Shown: positions 16,548-27,380, counted from the stretch's first letter. The stretch: DNA of 51,539 bases from Desulfobacteria bacterium (GCA_030145395.1 JAQYVR010000119.1:1-51539); one strand, 5' to 3'. The notes: generated from the sequence alone by a model not told the origin. Translations and numbers: made by a program.

Positions 16548-17715
16548 AATCCGCCTTTCGCCGCATGAACGTGGGAACTTCCAGATCCTGGCCGTCCAGG
16601 ATAATCCCACGATAGCCTCTGTACTGGGCCCCACCAGATTCGCCCACTGCCTTTTCTTGACGGATGAAAGTCGGTTGATCAAGGTCGACTGCCCGCGTAT
16701 GGTCGGCCGGCGTAATGTCACGAACCTTGCCTGAGGTTTGAATCACATCTTCCTCCTCTTTCGTGCCGATCCCGGTGGCAATGACCGTAACTCTGAGTTC
16801 ATTCTCTATGTTGTCATCCAAGACAGTACCCCAGATAATATCCGCATCTTCACCAACCTCGGCGTGGATACGATCTGACGCTTCTGTCATCTCCGCCATG
16901 GTCAGCTCCGGTCCACAGGTAATGTTCATCAAGACGCCCCGTGCCCCGTTAATAGAAACACCCTCGAGAAGCGGATGGGAAATCGCCTTTTCGGCTGCCT
17001 CAACTGCCCGATTCTCTCCGCTGGCAATGCCAGTACCCATGATGGCCAAGCCTGCCTTCGACATGGTTGTCCTTACATCTGAAAAATCAAGGTTAACCAG
17101 CCCCGGCATCATGATCAGGTCAGTTATTCCCCTCACAGCGTGAAGCAGGACTTCATCGGCCCTCTTGAACATTTCGAGAGCGGTTGCGTTCCTTGACGCC
17201 AGGCCTCTAAGTCGGTCATTAGGAATCACAATCACCGTGTCTGCCACGTCCTTAAGGTTTTCCAGGCCGGCCTCGGCCTGTCTGGCTCGCTTTTTTCCCT
17301 CAAAACCGAAGGGCTTGGTAACCACTGCCACACTCAGAGCACCAGCATCTTTGCAGGCTTCGGCGATGACGGGTGCTGCCCCTGTGCCAGTGCCCCCACC
17401 CAGCCCAGCCGTAATAAAGACCATGTGGCTGTCTTCAAGCGAGCTTCGCACAGGGTCTACGCTTTCCAGGGCAGCCTGTCTCCCGATTTCCGGATTAGCC
17501 CCGGCCCCAAGGCCCTCGGTCAGCATTTCCCCTATCTGAATCTTAACCGGTGCCCTTGATGCCTCAAGGTCCTGCGCATCGGTGTTAACGGCAATGAACT
17601 TGCAGCCCTGGAGCCTAGCATTAATCATGTTGTTCACGGCGTTTCCACCAGCGCCCCCCACACCGACCACTTTGATCTTGGCCGATTTTTCGTTTTCCAC
17701 GAAACTGAACATCAT
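16546..17715 (-). CDS. ftsZ: cell division GTPase FtsZ
   Basis: IKVVGVGGAGGNAV and the tubulin signature GGGTGTGAAPV are present. ATG 17715 is preferred because AGGAGG lies 8 nt upstream; the ORF track starts at GTG 17724. Confidence 0.97.
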   Translation of the reverse strand: MMFSFVENEKSAKIKVVGVGGAGGNAVNNMINARLQGCKFIAVNTDAQDLEASRAPVKIQIGEMLTEGLGAGANPEIGRQAALESVDPVRSSLEDSHMVFITAGLGGGTGTGAAPVIAEACKDAGALSVAVVTKPFGFEGKKRARQAEAGLENLKDVADTVIVIPNDRLRGLASRNATALEMFKRADEVLLHAVRGITDLIMMPGLVNLDFSDVRTTMSKAGLAIMGTGIASGENRAVEAAEKAISHPLLEGVSINGARGVLMNITCGPELTMAEMTEASDRIHAEVGEDADIIWGTVLDDNIENELRVTVIATGIGTKEEEDVIQTSGKVRDITPADHTRAVDLDQPTFIRQEKAVGESGGAQYRGYRGIILDGQDLEVPTFMRRKAD

Positions 17716-17793
17716 AGTCCCCACCTCCTGTTGTTTTTGTTTCCACTACTCCACCATTCCACTAACCCAAACAAGGCTGCCCCCCTTCCCATT

Positions 17794-19020
17794 TTAAATG
17801 ATGTCCTTAAACCACTTCTTCATACGGGCCATGACGTGATCAAAGATGTTGCTGTCTCGGATCCTGAATTTCTTCTTGGGCTGAGACCTTGCGCCAAATA
17901 GTACTAACCCAACGCCCGTGGCATACATTGGGTTGTTCACCACATCAACCAATCCGCTGATCCCTCCGGGTTTTCCAATCCGTGTGGGAAGATTGAACAC
18001 CGACTCCGCGATATCCACAACGCCTTCCAGCAGGGAGGACCCTCCGGTGACTACTACTCCCGAAGTTATTGAATCCTCCATGTCAGAGCCATAAACTTCC
18101 CTTTGGACTAGATTGAAGATCTCTTCGACTCTGGGTTCGAGGATCTCGCCCAGTATTTGCCTTGAAAGTGTTCTTGGCTTGCGTCCGCCCACACCTGCAA
18201 CCTCAATAGTCTCGTCGCTGCCAATCTTACTCGTAAGACAGCTCCCATACTTTATCTTGATCTTTTCTGCCTCTCCCATGGGTGTCCTCAGCCCCACGGA
18301 AATATCATGGGTAAGATTGTTCCCTCCCAGGGCCAGGACCGAAGTGTGTTTGATGCTATTCCCCTTCAGAACCGCCAGGTCGGTAGTTCCTCCCCCAAAG
18401 TCAATCAGGGCCGCACCCAGGGCCTTCTCCTCTTCGGTCAGCACGGCCTCACTTGATGCAAGGGATTGAAGCACAATATCACACACATCAAGTCCGGCAC
18501 GGTTGGCACACTTTATGATGTTTTGAGCGGAGGTGACGGCTCCGGTCACGATGTGTACCCTCGCCTCCAGCCGAACTCCTGACATGCCGAGTGGATCCTG
18601 GATTCCGTCCTGCTCATCCACAATAAACTCCTGGGGCAGCACATGAATCACCTCACGGTCCATGGGAATGGCTACTGCCCTGGCTGCATCAATCACGCGT
18701 TCGATGTCCTTTTCAGTGACCTCATTGCCCTTTATGGCAACGATTCCGTGGCTGTTAAAACCCTTGATATGCCCACCGGCAATCCCCGCATAGACAGACC
18801 TGATCTCGCAGCCAGCCATGAGTTCGGCTTCTTCTACGGCTTTTTGAATAGAGTCAACGGTCGATTCGATATTTACGACCACGCCTTTGCGCAGCCCGAC
18901 AGATGCATGGGTTCCAGTGCCTACAATGTCGGTCCCCTCACGCGTTACACTCCCCACCACAGCACAAATCTTGGTGGTCCCGATGTCTAAACCTACTGTC
19001 AGTTCCCCATCACCCTGCAC
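17794..19020 (-). CDS. ftsA: cell division protein FtsA
   Basis: It has an actin-like ATPase fold (VGLDIGTTKICAVV, DFGGGTTD). GTG 19020 is preferred: AAGGAGG lies 7 nt upstream and the start is 2 nt after the ftsQ TGA. The ORF track starts at 19059. Confidence 0.93.
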   Translation of the reverse strand: MQGDGELTVGLDIGTTKICAVVGSVTREGTDIVGTGTHASVGLRKGVVVNIESTVDSIQKAVEEAELMAGCEIRSVYAGIAGGHIKGFNSHGIVAIKGNEVTEKDIERVIDAARAVAIPMDREVIHVLPQEFIVDEQDGIQDPLGMSGVRLEARVHIVTGAVTSAQNIIKCANRAGLDVCDIVLQSLASSEAVLTEEEKALGAALIDFGGGTTDLAVLKGNSIKHTSVLALGGNNLTHDISVGLRTPMGEAEKIKIKYGSCLTSKIGSDETIEVAGVGGRKPRTLSRQILGEILEPRVEEIFNLVQREVYGSDMEDSITSGVVVTGGSSLLEGVVDIAESVFNLPTRIGKPGGISGLVDVVNNPMYATGVGLVLFGARSQPKKKFRIRDSNIFDHVMARMKKWFKDII

Positions 19021-19022
19021 TA

Positions 19023-19991
19023 TCACACCTCCTTTCGCTTGCCCAACCAATGGTCGCATCCCTCGGCAACCGAGCGTCCTTCAGCCTGCCCGGTCGGCAA
19101 CGGCCTGACCACAACCCGATCTGGGTCGATCAGGTCGATGAACTGAAGATTCAATATCCCGCTTTTCTCTCTCAAATAAGAAACCATATATTCAAGTCGG
19201 TTGAATTTTGATTCATAGCCTCCAAAACCCACCTTGATTGCAACGTCACTTGGAGCGGCCTGTGCCTGCCCCTGCAGGTTGCTTGCGCAGGCAGGCGCAT
19301 ACAAGGGCTTGGCAGAGAGGTTGTGCGGATCAAGCGAGGTATAAAGAGTGAGTCCCGTCTCCCTGTCGATCCGAACACGGTGCAACGCATAGAAGGGAAT
19401 CGCATCTTCATGAAGTCGGCTCAAGCGAAGCGCCTCCATAAGAGTCCTGAACAGCCGCGAACGCCAGGGGTCTTGCAAATCAATATCTGAAGCGGATAGG
19501 CCGGTCACCACAGGCACCATCGCCTTGTCTGAAGATTCCACCGGTTTAAAGATATTCCCCTTTTCGTCAAGATAAAAAAGCCTGTCCAGGTCGACTATCG
19601 CCACGGGGACTCGCTCTTTTACCCGAATATGAATGGTGTCAGGCAACTCTCGTTCGACCTCGGCACCAGCAACCCATGGATGTGCCATAAGTCGGTAACG
19701 GATCGTATTTACATTCACAGAAAGAATGTTGTCATACCGCTTCAGCCCGGTCCGCTTCAAAATGGTCCCCTTTGACAGCCTTTTGTTTCCCTCAACGGTT
19801 ATCTCGTGGGCTTCAAAGTAGGAAGTCTGGGTCACGGCATCATAGGCCAGTATGAGGAGCAGGCTCGTTCCGGCCATGCCTCCCATCAACAACATGATTT
19901 TGAGGCCCAGGAGCCAGCGTCTTATGATCTGCTGTCTTCTTTGTGCCCGGCTGTTTTTATAATAGTTCTTATGAATCCTTTTCCTGGCCAA
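19023..19991 (-). CDS. ftsQ: cell division protein FtsQ (POTRA domain)
   Basis: A basic N-terminus and a single TM helix are followed by a POTRA-like ITVEGNKRLSKGTILKRTGL. It occupies the conserved position between murB and ftsA. Confidence 0.8.
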   Translation of the reverse strand: MARKRIHKNYYKNSRAQRRQQIIRRWLLGLKIMLLMGGMAGTSLLLILAYDAVTQTSYFEAHEITVEGNKRLSKGTILKRTGLKRYDNILSVNVNTIRYRLMAHPWVAGAEVERELPDTIHIRVKERVPVAIVDLDRLFYLDEKGNIFKPVESSDKAMVPVVTGLSASDIDLQDPWRSRLFRTLMEALRLSRLHEDAIPFYALHRVRIDRETGLTLYTSLDPHNLSAKPLYAPACASNLQGQAQAAPSDVAIKVGFGGYESKFNRLEYMVSYLREKSGILNLQFIDLIDPDRVVVRPLPTGQAEGRSVAEGCDHWLGKRKEV

Positions 19992-20904
19992 CGATGGTTA
20001 CCTCCGGCTCTAAGTTAACACCGAACCCTTCAAATACACTCTCCTGTATCTGTTTCATCAGGTCAATAACGTCGGAAGCTTTGGCATGCCCCTTGTTCAC
20101 AATAAAATTGGCGTGTTTTGTTGAAACCTCAGCTTCCCCAACGGAAAGCCCCTTCAATCCTGCCTGATCAATAAGCTCACCAGCGGCCTTTTGCCCTTGT
20201 GGATTTTGAAACACACACCCAGCACTGGGAAGGGCAAGCGGTTGACTCAACCTTCGTTTCTTTTGCAGGCGAATGGCCTCCTCTTGGAGGGTCTCCCGAT
20301 CTGTCCGTTTCAACTTGAACTGGCCACTCAAGACAATGGTCCTTTTTCCCAGATCCAGCCTCCTGTAAGAGAATTGAAGTTGGTCACGATGCAGGCTGGT
20401 AATCTCTCCATTTTGATCAAGGACTCTAATCGAACTGGTGCTGTCCGCCATACATCGTCCCCAGGCCCCTGCGTTCGTTAGCAGTGCCCCTCCTACCGTT
20501 CCAGGAATACCGAGTGCAAAGTTGAACCCTGATAGACCTTGGTCGAGAGCATATTTGCCGAGTCGACGAACCAGGACTGCTGCGCCTGCGTTCACCGTCG
20601 CGCTGCTGTCATTGGCCCCTGATACAAGCTGAATTGCCTCAAAGTCATCGGCTAATCTAAGCATCAGGCCTCGAACGCCACCGTCTCGGACCAGGAGGTT
20701 GGTTCCTTCGCCCAAGATCATAATAGGGTGATTCTTGTCGTCAGCCCACAAGACTACATCCCTTATCTCTTGCTCGGTCTTCACACTGACCAGTGCGTCC
20801 ACTGGTCCTCCTATTCTGAGGGTCGTGTGACGCCACATCGGTTCGTCAAGCAAGACGTTTGTGCCAAAACGTTCTGTCAGCCAGTCTTTGTCTGATTGAT
20901 TCAT
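19969..20904 (-). CDS. murB: UDP-N-acetylenolpyruvoylglucosamine reductase
   Basis: It has the FAD-binding RIGGP and GEGTNLLV motifs and the C-terminal SAGCVFQNP and VSTKHANFIVN motifs. Confidence 0.93.
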   Translation of the reverse strand: MNQSDKDWLTERFGTNVLLDEPMWRHTTLRIGGPVDALVSVKTEQEIRDVVLWADDKNHPIMILGEGTNLLVRDGGVRGLMLRLADDFEAIQLVSGANDSSATVNAGAAVLVRRLGKYALDQGLSGFNFALGIPGTVGGALLTNAGAWGRCMADSTSSIRVLDQNGEITSLHRDQLQFSYRRLDLGKRTIVLSGQFKLKRTDRETLQEEAIRLQKKRRLSQPLALPSAGCVFQNPQGQKAAGELIDQAGLKGLSVGEAEVSTKHANFIVNKGHAKASDVIDLMKQIQESVFEGFGVNLEPEVTIVGQEKDS

Positions 20905-21081
20905 ATAAATATCTCGCTCTCAACTCACGTTCGCTTCAGGCGGAAAACCGTCACCTAATTGGCGTGTTAGAGTATTAAGAACGGCATAAGGCTCAAGGCC
21001 GGATGGCCTCTCCGTACACATTCTGCCTTTGGCCTTACGCCAACTGTTCTTCACCCATCACTCCATTGCTTCACGACTCAA

Positions 21082-22452
21082 TTACTCCAGCTCTTTGAGC
21101 ACCCTCTCTCCAACATGCCAGACATCTCCGGCGCCCAGGGTCAACAGAACATCCCCTTCCTTCAAGGTTTCTTTCAGATACGATACGGCCGCGTCGTGTC
21201 CATCATGGAAGACAACATCTTTGTGGCCGTGTTCACGGATCTCTTCACACAGGCTCTGGCCATCTATGCTTTCCATAGGGGCCTCGCCTGCCGAATAGAT
21301 GGGAAGGACCAAAACGCTGTCCGCGTCGTAAAAGGCCCGCGTAAAATCGTCAAAAAGCGCAGCAACCCGCGAGTAGCGATGAGGCTGAAACACCACAACA
21401 ATCCGGCTATCAGGCCAGCACTGGCGTGCAGCCTGGAGCGTGAGTCTGATCTCTGTTGGGTGGTGCCCATAGTCATCAACTACAGTCACACCTCTTGACG
21501 TCCCCTTTACCTCGAGCCTGCGCTGAACCCCTTCAATATCCTTGAGCGCACGCTGGATATCGTCAAAGGCAATTCCGAGTTCCATGCCAATTGCTATGCT
21601 CGCCATGGAGTTGTATACATTGTGAATGCCCGGAAGGTTTAACTGTACGGAACCCAAGGGTTCACCTCGATGCGTTACAACGTACTGGCTCGTCAGCCCG
21701 TCAAAGGTTACATCTTTGGCCTGATAATCCGCCTGAGAGGTCATGCCGTATGTAGTAAACCTTTTTTCAATCTTCGGAATAAGGTCTTGAATCCCCTCGT
21801 TGTCCAAACAGAGCACGGTCATGCCGTAAAAGGGTACCTTGTTGATGAAATCGAGAAACACCTCTTTGATTCTTTCCAGGTTCCCATAGAAATCGAGGTG
21901 TTCAGCGTTGATGTTCGTTACTACACCGATGGTCGGGGTGAGCTTCAAGAAAGAGCCATCGCTTTCGTCGGCTTCAGCTACAATGAATTCTCCCTGGCCC
22001 AGACGGGCGTTCGTTCCCAAGCTGTCGAGCTTTCCTCCGATGACCACCGTAGGATCGAGGCCCCCGTGGTCAAGGACCGAAGCAATGATCCACGTCGTTG
22101 TGGTCTTGCCATGGGCACCAGCCACAGCGATGCTGTATTTCAGCCGCATTAGTTCTGAGAGCATCTCTGCTCTGGGGATAACCGGAATAACGGCATCTCT
22201 GGCAGCCACAACCTCAGGGTTATCTGCCTTCACGGCCGAGGAAATCACCACTACATCCGCTCCTTGAATCTGCTCCGGACGATGGCCCTCAAATATCCTG
22301 CCCCCCAGTTGAGCCAGGCGTCTCGTAATCTCAGTTGACCGCAGGTCTGACCCGCTGACCATATAATCAAGGTTCAAGAGGAGCTCGGCGATCCCACTCA
22401 TTCCGATGCCGCCGATGCCAACAAAATGGATGTTATACTTCTTCTGATACAA
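21082..22452 (-). CDS. murC: UDP-N-acetylmuramate--L-alanine ligase
   Basis: IHFVGIGGIGMSGIAE, the Mur ligase P-loop GAHGKTTTT and DDYGHHPTE are present. The start codon is TTG. Confidence 0.95.
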   Translation of the reverse strand: MYQKKYNIHFVGIGGIGMSGIAELLLNLDYMVSGSDLRSTEITRRLAQLGGRIFEGHRPEQIQGADVVVISSAVKADNPEVVAARDAVIPVIPRAEMLSELMRLKYSIAVAGAHGKTTTTWIIASVLDHGGLDPTVVIGGKLDSLGTNARLGQGEFIVAEADESDGSFLKLTPTIGVVTNINAEHLDFYGNLERIKEVFLDFINKVPFYGMTVLCLDNEGIQDLIPKIEKRFTTYGMTSQADYQAKDVTFDGLTSQYVVTHRGEPLGSVQLNLPGIHNVYNSMASIAIGMELGIAFDDIQRALKDIEGVQRRLEVKGTSRGVTVVDDYGHHPTEIRLTLQAARQCWPDSRIVVVFQPHRYSRVAALFDDFTRAFYDADSVLVLPIYSAGEAPMESIDGQSLCEEIREHGHKDVVFHDGHDAAVSYLKETLKEGDVLLTLGAGDVWHVGERVLKELE

Positions 22453-22572
22453 GTTAAGTCCCTAAAGTGAGCTAAAGTGCCTGAAGTTGACGCACAAAAC
22501 AACGTTCACCGAGTCATTACTCATTGATGTCAGACATTCTTGGTTTCGACTTGCAGACCTCCAGTTCTCTTC

Positions 22573-22628
22573 ATTCCGCATTCCGTATTCCCCGTTCCAC
22601 ACTCCCTATTCGATTCACTCGATAATCG
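22573..22628. repeat. 7-nt periodic array (8 units) in the murG-murC spacer
   Basis: ATTCCGC ATTCCGT ATTCCCC GTTCCAC ACTCCCT ATTCGAT TCACTCG ATAATCG. A decamer triplet CTAAAGTGAG CTAAAGTGCC TGAAGTTGAC lies at 22462-22491. Confidence 0.75.
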
Positions 22629-22665
22629 GTTGCGGGTATCCGGCAACCAGTACCTACAACGACTA

Positions 22666-23742
22666 TTAACTCAGGACTAACAGCCTCTGACATTCCTCAA
22701 CAATAACGTCCGCAGCATCGGGACGCGCAAGGGCTAATGTGCATTTTGCCATATCCCTCAGGGTTTGAGAGTCTGACACAAAATGATCGAGTCTGTCTGC
22801 CAACACAGCACCTTTCAGATCCTTTTCCAGGATGACCTCTGCACCGCCGGCATCCGCCACATACCGTGCATTTAGCTCCTGGTGGTTATTTGCTGCAAAG
22901 GGGAAGGGGACGAAGATGGCGGGCTTCCCCAAGGCCATCAACTCTGACACTGTCGTTGCTCCGGCCCTGCACACAACCAAATCTGCGTTGCTGTAGGGGC
23001 CTGCCATGTCTTCAAAAAACGGACCGACCGTAGCGTTGATGCGCCGGCTCTTGTAGGCCTGTGCAACCCATGCTGCATCCTTGGCACCTGTCTGATGGAT
23101 AAACTTCATCTGGGCAGGGCCCTTCAGATGATAAAGGGCTTCAACCATGACACGGTTTATTGCGTGAGCCCCCTGGCTGCCACCTAGAATTAGAACCGTA
23201 AATGGACCGGGTGCCTTCTCACCCGCTTTACTTGCAAGGAGCTCCTGTCGTACAGGGTTTCCTGTCATAACAGTCTTCGATGGCCTGAATACACCGTACC
23301 TATCTGGGAACGAGATGAATACCCGGTCAACAAAACGCCCCAGCATCTTATTAGTCAAACCTGGCAGAATGTTCTGTTCATGGATAACTATCTTTTTACG
23401 GGTGAGCCTTGCCGCTAAGGCCACAGGTCCGGAGGCATATCCCCCAAGACCAATGATGACGTCAGGATCAAACCGCCAGATAATTCGCAAGGCTTGCCAC
23501 ACCCCGATCGGGATCTTGAACAACGATCGGAACTGTCGCCACAGCCCTCGTCCTTTTAGGCCTTCCGCTACAATGCCCACGTGATCAAATCCATTCTTTG
23601 AAAGGGTGGATACCTCCATTGGATTCCCCGTCCCCACAAACAATATCTTAGCCTCAAGCTCCTTAACCCTGAATGACTGGGCAATCGCAATCCCGGGGAA
23701 AAGATGACCTCCCGTTCCGCCCCCGGCAATAAGGGCCCTCAT
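22666..23742 (-). CDS. murG: undecaprenyldiphospho-muramoylpentapeptide beta-N-acetylglucosaminyltransferase
   Basis: MRALIAGGGTGGHLFPGIAIAQ is the canonical N-terminus. The start at 23742 lies 2 nt after the ftsW TGA. The ORF-track extension to 24012 overlaps ftsW and is rejected. Confidence 0.93.
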   Translation of the reverse strand: MRALIAGGGTGGHLFPGIAIAQSFRVKELEAKILFVGTGNPMEVSTLSKNGFDHVGIVAEGLKGRGLWRQFRSLFKIPIGVWQALRIIWRFDPDVIIGLGGYASGPVALAARLTRKKIVIHEQNILPGLTNKMLGRFVDRVFISFPDRYGVFRPSKTVMTGNPVRQELLASKAGEKAPGPFTVLILGGSQGAHAINRVMVEALYHLKGPAQMKFIHQTGAKDAAWVAQAYKSRRINATVGPFFEDMAGPYSNADLVVCRAGATTVSELMALGKPAIFVPFPFAANNHQELNARYVADAGGAEVILEKDLKGAVLADRLDHFVSDSQTLRDMAKCTLALARPDAADVIVEECQRLLVLS

Positions 23743-23744
23743 TG

Positions 23745-24860
23745 TCACACCGCCTGTCTGGCTGATATATTCATCAATATTCCAATGGCAGCGGCATTCA
23801 TCAACAGGGATGTGCCTCCGTAGCTTACGAACGGCAATGTCAGTCCCTTCGTGGGCAACAAACCCATGACAACACCTAAGTTGATACACACTTGCAGTCC
23901 AAGAGCAGAAATCAAACCTACAGCCAAATAGATTGCGAAGAGATCCCGGGCCCTCATAGCCACAACGATCCCCCGCCAGACGAGCATGAGATAAAGACCC
24001 ACTACAATGCACACCCCCACAAGACCTAGTTCCTCTCCCAGCACTGAAAAGACAAAGTCAGTATGGGGTTCCGGCAGATAAAAAAGCTTCTGGTAACTGT
24101 TTCCGATGCCTGACCCCACGATTCCCCCTGATCCAAAGGCCATCAGTGAATGCACAATCTGATACCCTGCGTCGCTCTCATATCTCCAGGGGTCGAGAAA
24201 GCTCATGAGTCGTCTTGCGCGGTATCCCACATGCACTACCAAGTAATAAGCAACCGGAAGGATTGCCGCCAGTGCCGTGAAAAGATGAAACAGACGTACA
24301 CCTCCTACAAAGAGCATCGTCCACGTAACCAACGCGAGGATTACCGCCGTTCCAAAGTCCGGTTGCATAACTACTAAGGCTCCAAGACTCGTAAGGACAA
24401 TGACATGAGGAAGAAAACCTATGGCAAACACCTTTATGTTCTCCTGTTTCTTGCTCATGGAATAGGCCAAATAGATAATCAGGGCCAGCCTTGCAAGCTC
24501 TGATGGTTGAAAAGAAACCCCGGAAACCTTCAACCATCGTCTGGCGCCTCCAACTGCGTGTCCCACCCCGGGCAAGTACAGGACAATGAGCAACAAAAAA
24601 GTGACCGCAAGAATAGGGTATGCCATCTTCCTATAAATGGTGTATGGCACGTGGCGGCAGGTTATTAGAACCACAATTGCTGCGAGGGCATAGACCACCT
24701 GCCTTTTGAAGAAGTAGGCGTCGCTTCCAAATCGCTTTAGGGCAACAGCTGAGCTGGCACTGTAGACCATTACCACCCCAATCGCGAGCAGCGACAGCGT
24801 ACCCCATAGGAGAAAATGATCACAGCCACCACTCTCCTTTTTCTGTTTGGCTCTTGCCAT
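23745..24860 (-). CDS. ftsW: SEDS-family peptidoglycan glycosyltransferase FtsW
   Basis: It is a polytopic membrane protein with the SEDS signatures QPSELAR, LPEPHTDF and PTKG.TLPF.SYGG. Confidence 0.93.
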   Translation of the reverse strand: MARAKQKKESGGCDHFLLWGTLSLLAIGVVMVYSASSAVALKRFGSDAYFFKRQVVYALAAIVVLITCRHVPYTIYRKMAYPILAVTFLLLIVLYLPGVGHAVGGARRWLKVSGVSFQPSELARLALIIYLAYSMSKKQENIKVFAIGFLPHVIVLTSLGALVVMQPDFGTAVILALVTWTMLFVGGVRLFHLFTALAAILPVAYYLVVHVGYRARRLMSFLDPWRYESDAGYQIVHSLMAFGSGGIVGSGIGNSYQKLFYLPEPHTDFVFSVLGEELGLVGVCIVVGLYLMLVWRGIVVAMRARDLFAIYLAVGLISALGLQVCINLGVVMGLLPTKGLTLPFVSYGGTSLLMNAAAIGILMNISARQAV

Positions 24861-24899
24861 AAGTGATCGTTCCCTAAACTAAAACCTCCGAGGCCGAAC

Positions 24900-26258
24900 T
24901 CAATCGCCTTTCGTCAATCCTCTCACAGCCTCACGGAATGCCTCGCCACGCTCGGCATAGTCTGTGAACATATCAAAACTTGAGCACCCCGGAGAGAGGA
25001 GCACTGTGTCACCAGGTGCTGCTGCTTGGTGGGCCACGTTGACCGCCTCCTCCATGGTCCTTGCCCCTTCACTACGCGTCAGGCCTCCCAAGGCAACAAG
25101 AATCTTTTCGCGCGCCTCCCCAATGGCAATGAGTCTCTTGACCCTCTCCTTTATGAGTCCATTCAGGAGTGAATAGCTTCCACCCTTGTCACGGCCTCCC
25201 ATAATCAAGATTACCTGGGAACCAAAACTCTCCAGGGAACGTTTGACGGCGTCAACATTGGTAGCCTTGGAGTCGTTGTAGTACTGCACACCCTTCTCGT
25301 CTTTGACATATTCCATCCGGTGATGCAGGCCCTCAAAGGTATCGAGCGCCGTCTGGATACCTGTCTGATCGCCGCCTGCAACCAGCGCTGCCAGACTGGC
25401 AGCGGCAGCATTCTCCAGGTTGTGTCCCCCCGCGAGCTTAAACTTGGCCAATCTGAAGACAACAGGGGCCTTTTCGGATAGGCTGCAAGTCATCTCCTTG
25501 CCACGGATTACCGCTCCTCGCGCCGATGAGTTGTCGCTGTTGAAGTAAAGTCTTTGGCTGTCAATAAGCGGTTCAAGTTCGGAAACGGAGGGGTCCATCC
25601 CGTTTAAAACCGCTACGTCACTGCTTTGTTGATTCTTGAACAGCATTCCCTTTGATCTCACATAGCCACCAAAATTGTCGTATCGATCAAGGTGGTCTGC
25701 TGTAATATTCAAGAGAACACCTACTTTGGGTCTGAAGTTCTCGATAGTATCAAGTTGGAAGCTGCTTATCTCGGCTACAACCATTTCCGCACGTCTGTCG
25801 GAATTAACGTAGTCTATGAGTGGAGCACCTATATTGCCTCCAACAAAAACCTCACGACCGGAAGCCTCCAACATCTGTCCGATAAGACTGGTAGTAGTGG
25901 TCTTACCATTGGTCCCTGTTATGGCTACTATTGGTTGTTCTATATATCGAGAAGCCAATTCAACCTCACCGATCACCGGTATCCCTGCTGTCCTTGCCGC
26001 CTCCAGAGGCGCTATGGTGTGCGGCACACCCGGACTCAGCACAACAAGGTCTGAACCGGTAAAACATTCAATTTCGTGTGCCCCAAGCTTCAGAGCAATG
26101 CCCATGGCAGTGGCCTCTTGGGCATAGGAACCAAGTTCATCCCTTCTCTTCAGGTCGGTTGCCGTAACGTATGCCCCACGATCTTTCAAGAACCGGGCGA
26201 CCGCGAGGCCGGTTTTGGCTAAGCCAACGACTAAGACCTTTTTGTTCTCAAAATTCAA
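24900..26258 (-). CDS. murD: UDP-N-acetylmuramoylalanine--D-glutamate ligase
   Basis: VLVVGLAKTGLAVARFL and the P-loop GTNGKTTTT are present, and the gene occupies the conserved dcw position. The start codon is TTG. Confidence 0.95.
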   Translation of the reverse strand: MNFENKKVLVVGLAKTGLAVARFLKDRGAYVTATDLKRRDELGSYAQEATAMGIALKLGAHEIECFTGSDLVVLSPGVPHTIAPLEAARTAGIPVIGEVELASRYIEQPIVAITGTNGKTTTTSLIGQMLEASGREVFVGGNIGAPLIDYVNSDRRAEMVVAEISSFQLDTIENFRPKVGVLLNITADHLDRYDNFGGYVRSKGMLFKNQQSSDVAVLNGMDPSVSELEPLIDSQRLYFNSDNSSARGAVIRGKEMTCSLSEKAPVVFRLAKFKLAGGHNLENAAAASLAALVAGGDQTGIQTALDTFEGLHHRMEYVKDEKGVQYYNDSKATNVDAVKRSLESFGSQVILIMGGRDKGGSYSLLNGLIKERVKRLIAIGEAREKILVALGGLTRSEGARTMEEAVNVAHQAAAPGDTVLLSPGCSSFDMFTDYAERGEAFREAVRGLTKGD

Positions 26259-26300
26259 ATCAGTGACAATCTCAACGTGAACGGACTACTAACATTCAGG

Positions 26301-27380
26301 TTATCGCAACTTCAACGTGCTGACTGCCATCAGGCCCAGGATAATGGCGATGATCCAGAACCTGACGATCACCTTGGGCTCAGGCCAGCCCTTTAGCTCA
26401 AAGTGGTGATGAATCGGAGCCATCTTGAAAATACGACGTCCATTGGTGACCTTAAAAAAACTCACCTGAAAGATCACGGACAGAGCCTCCACAACAAAAA
26501 TACCTCCCACGAGCACCAGGAGAATCTCATGCCTTGTAATCACTGCAACCGTTCCAAGCGCTCCACCCAAAGGAAGAGACCCCACGTCTCCCATGAATAT
26601 CTGGGCCGGATATGAGTTGTACCAAAGGAATCCCATTCCTGCCCCGAAAAGGGCGCCGCAAAAGACAGCGAGTTCACCACTCCCTGCCATGTACTGAATT
26701 TGAAGATATTGCGCGATCTTCACATGGCCTGCTACATATGAGAGGATAACAAAGGTAGCGGCAGCCACAGTCACGGGTCCGATTGCAAGACCATCCAGAC
26801 CGTCTGTCAAATTCACTGCATTAGACGTTCCCACTATAACCGTGGTGGCAAAAAGGATATAGGTCCAGCCAAGATCAGGCACCACCTGTTTGAAAAAGGG
26901 AATGGTCACGTGTGTATCAAAATCAGCACGTGCATATAGGAGGCCGGCCACGAGCAGGCCTACGGCGACCTGGATCAAAATCTTGATTCGTCCCGGAAGC
27001 CCTCTGCTTTCCTTCTTCACCTGCATCAAGTAGTCATCTATAAACCCTATGGCGCCATAGCTAATCATCACTAGGAGGACGATCCACACAAAAGGGTTGG
27101 TCAGGTTAGCCCACAGAAGTGTGGCTGTAACCGTTGCAAAAAGGATTAAGAGTCCTCCCATAGTCGGCGTGCCAGTCTTTGTCTGGTGAGCCGGAGGGCC
27201 GTCAGTCCTCACATATTGACCTATCTGTCGTTCTGCAAGCTTTCGTATGGTCCATGGTCCCAACAACCAACAGATCAAGAGAGCGGTGAGGCTGGCATAG
27301 ATCGTCCGAAAGGTGATATAGCGAAATACGTTAAAGGCCGAAAAGGCTGTATGCAGAGGGTATAGTAAGTGGTAAAGCAT
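26301..27380 (-). CDS. mraY: phospho-N-acetylmuramoyl-pentapeptide transferase
   Basis: Kxx[19 protein letters not shown], the GD.GS motif and the HHHFE motif are all present. Confidence 0.96.
   Translation of the reverse strand: MLYHLLYPLHTAFSAFNVFRYITFRTIYASLTALLICWLLGPWTIRKLAERQIGQYVRTDGPPAHQTKTGTPTMGGLLILFATVTATLLWANLTNPFVWIVLLVMISYGAIGFIDDYLMQVKKESRGLPGRIKILIQVAVGLLVAGLLYARADFDTHVTIPFFKQVVPDLGWTYILFATTVIVGTSNAVNLTDGLDGLAIGPVTVAAATFVILSYVAGHVKIAQYLQIQYMAGSGELAVFCGALFGAGMGFLWYNSYPAQIFMGDVGSLPLGGALGTVAVITRHEILLVLVGGIFVVEALSVIFQVSFFKVTNGRRIFKMAPIHHHFELKGWPEPKVIVRFWIIAIILGLMAVSTLKLR

Noticed and set aside
23743-24012. 90-codon N-terminal extension of murG in the ORF track.
   Set aside because: It overlaps the 3' end of ftsW in another frame. 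The canonical MurG N-terminus MRALIAGGGTGGH begins at 23742, 2 nt after the ftsW stop.
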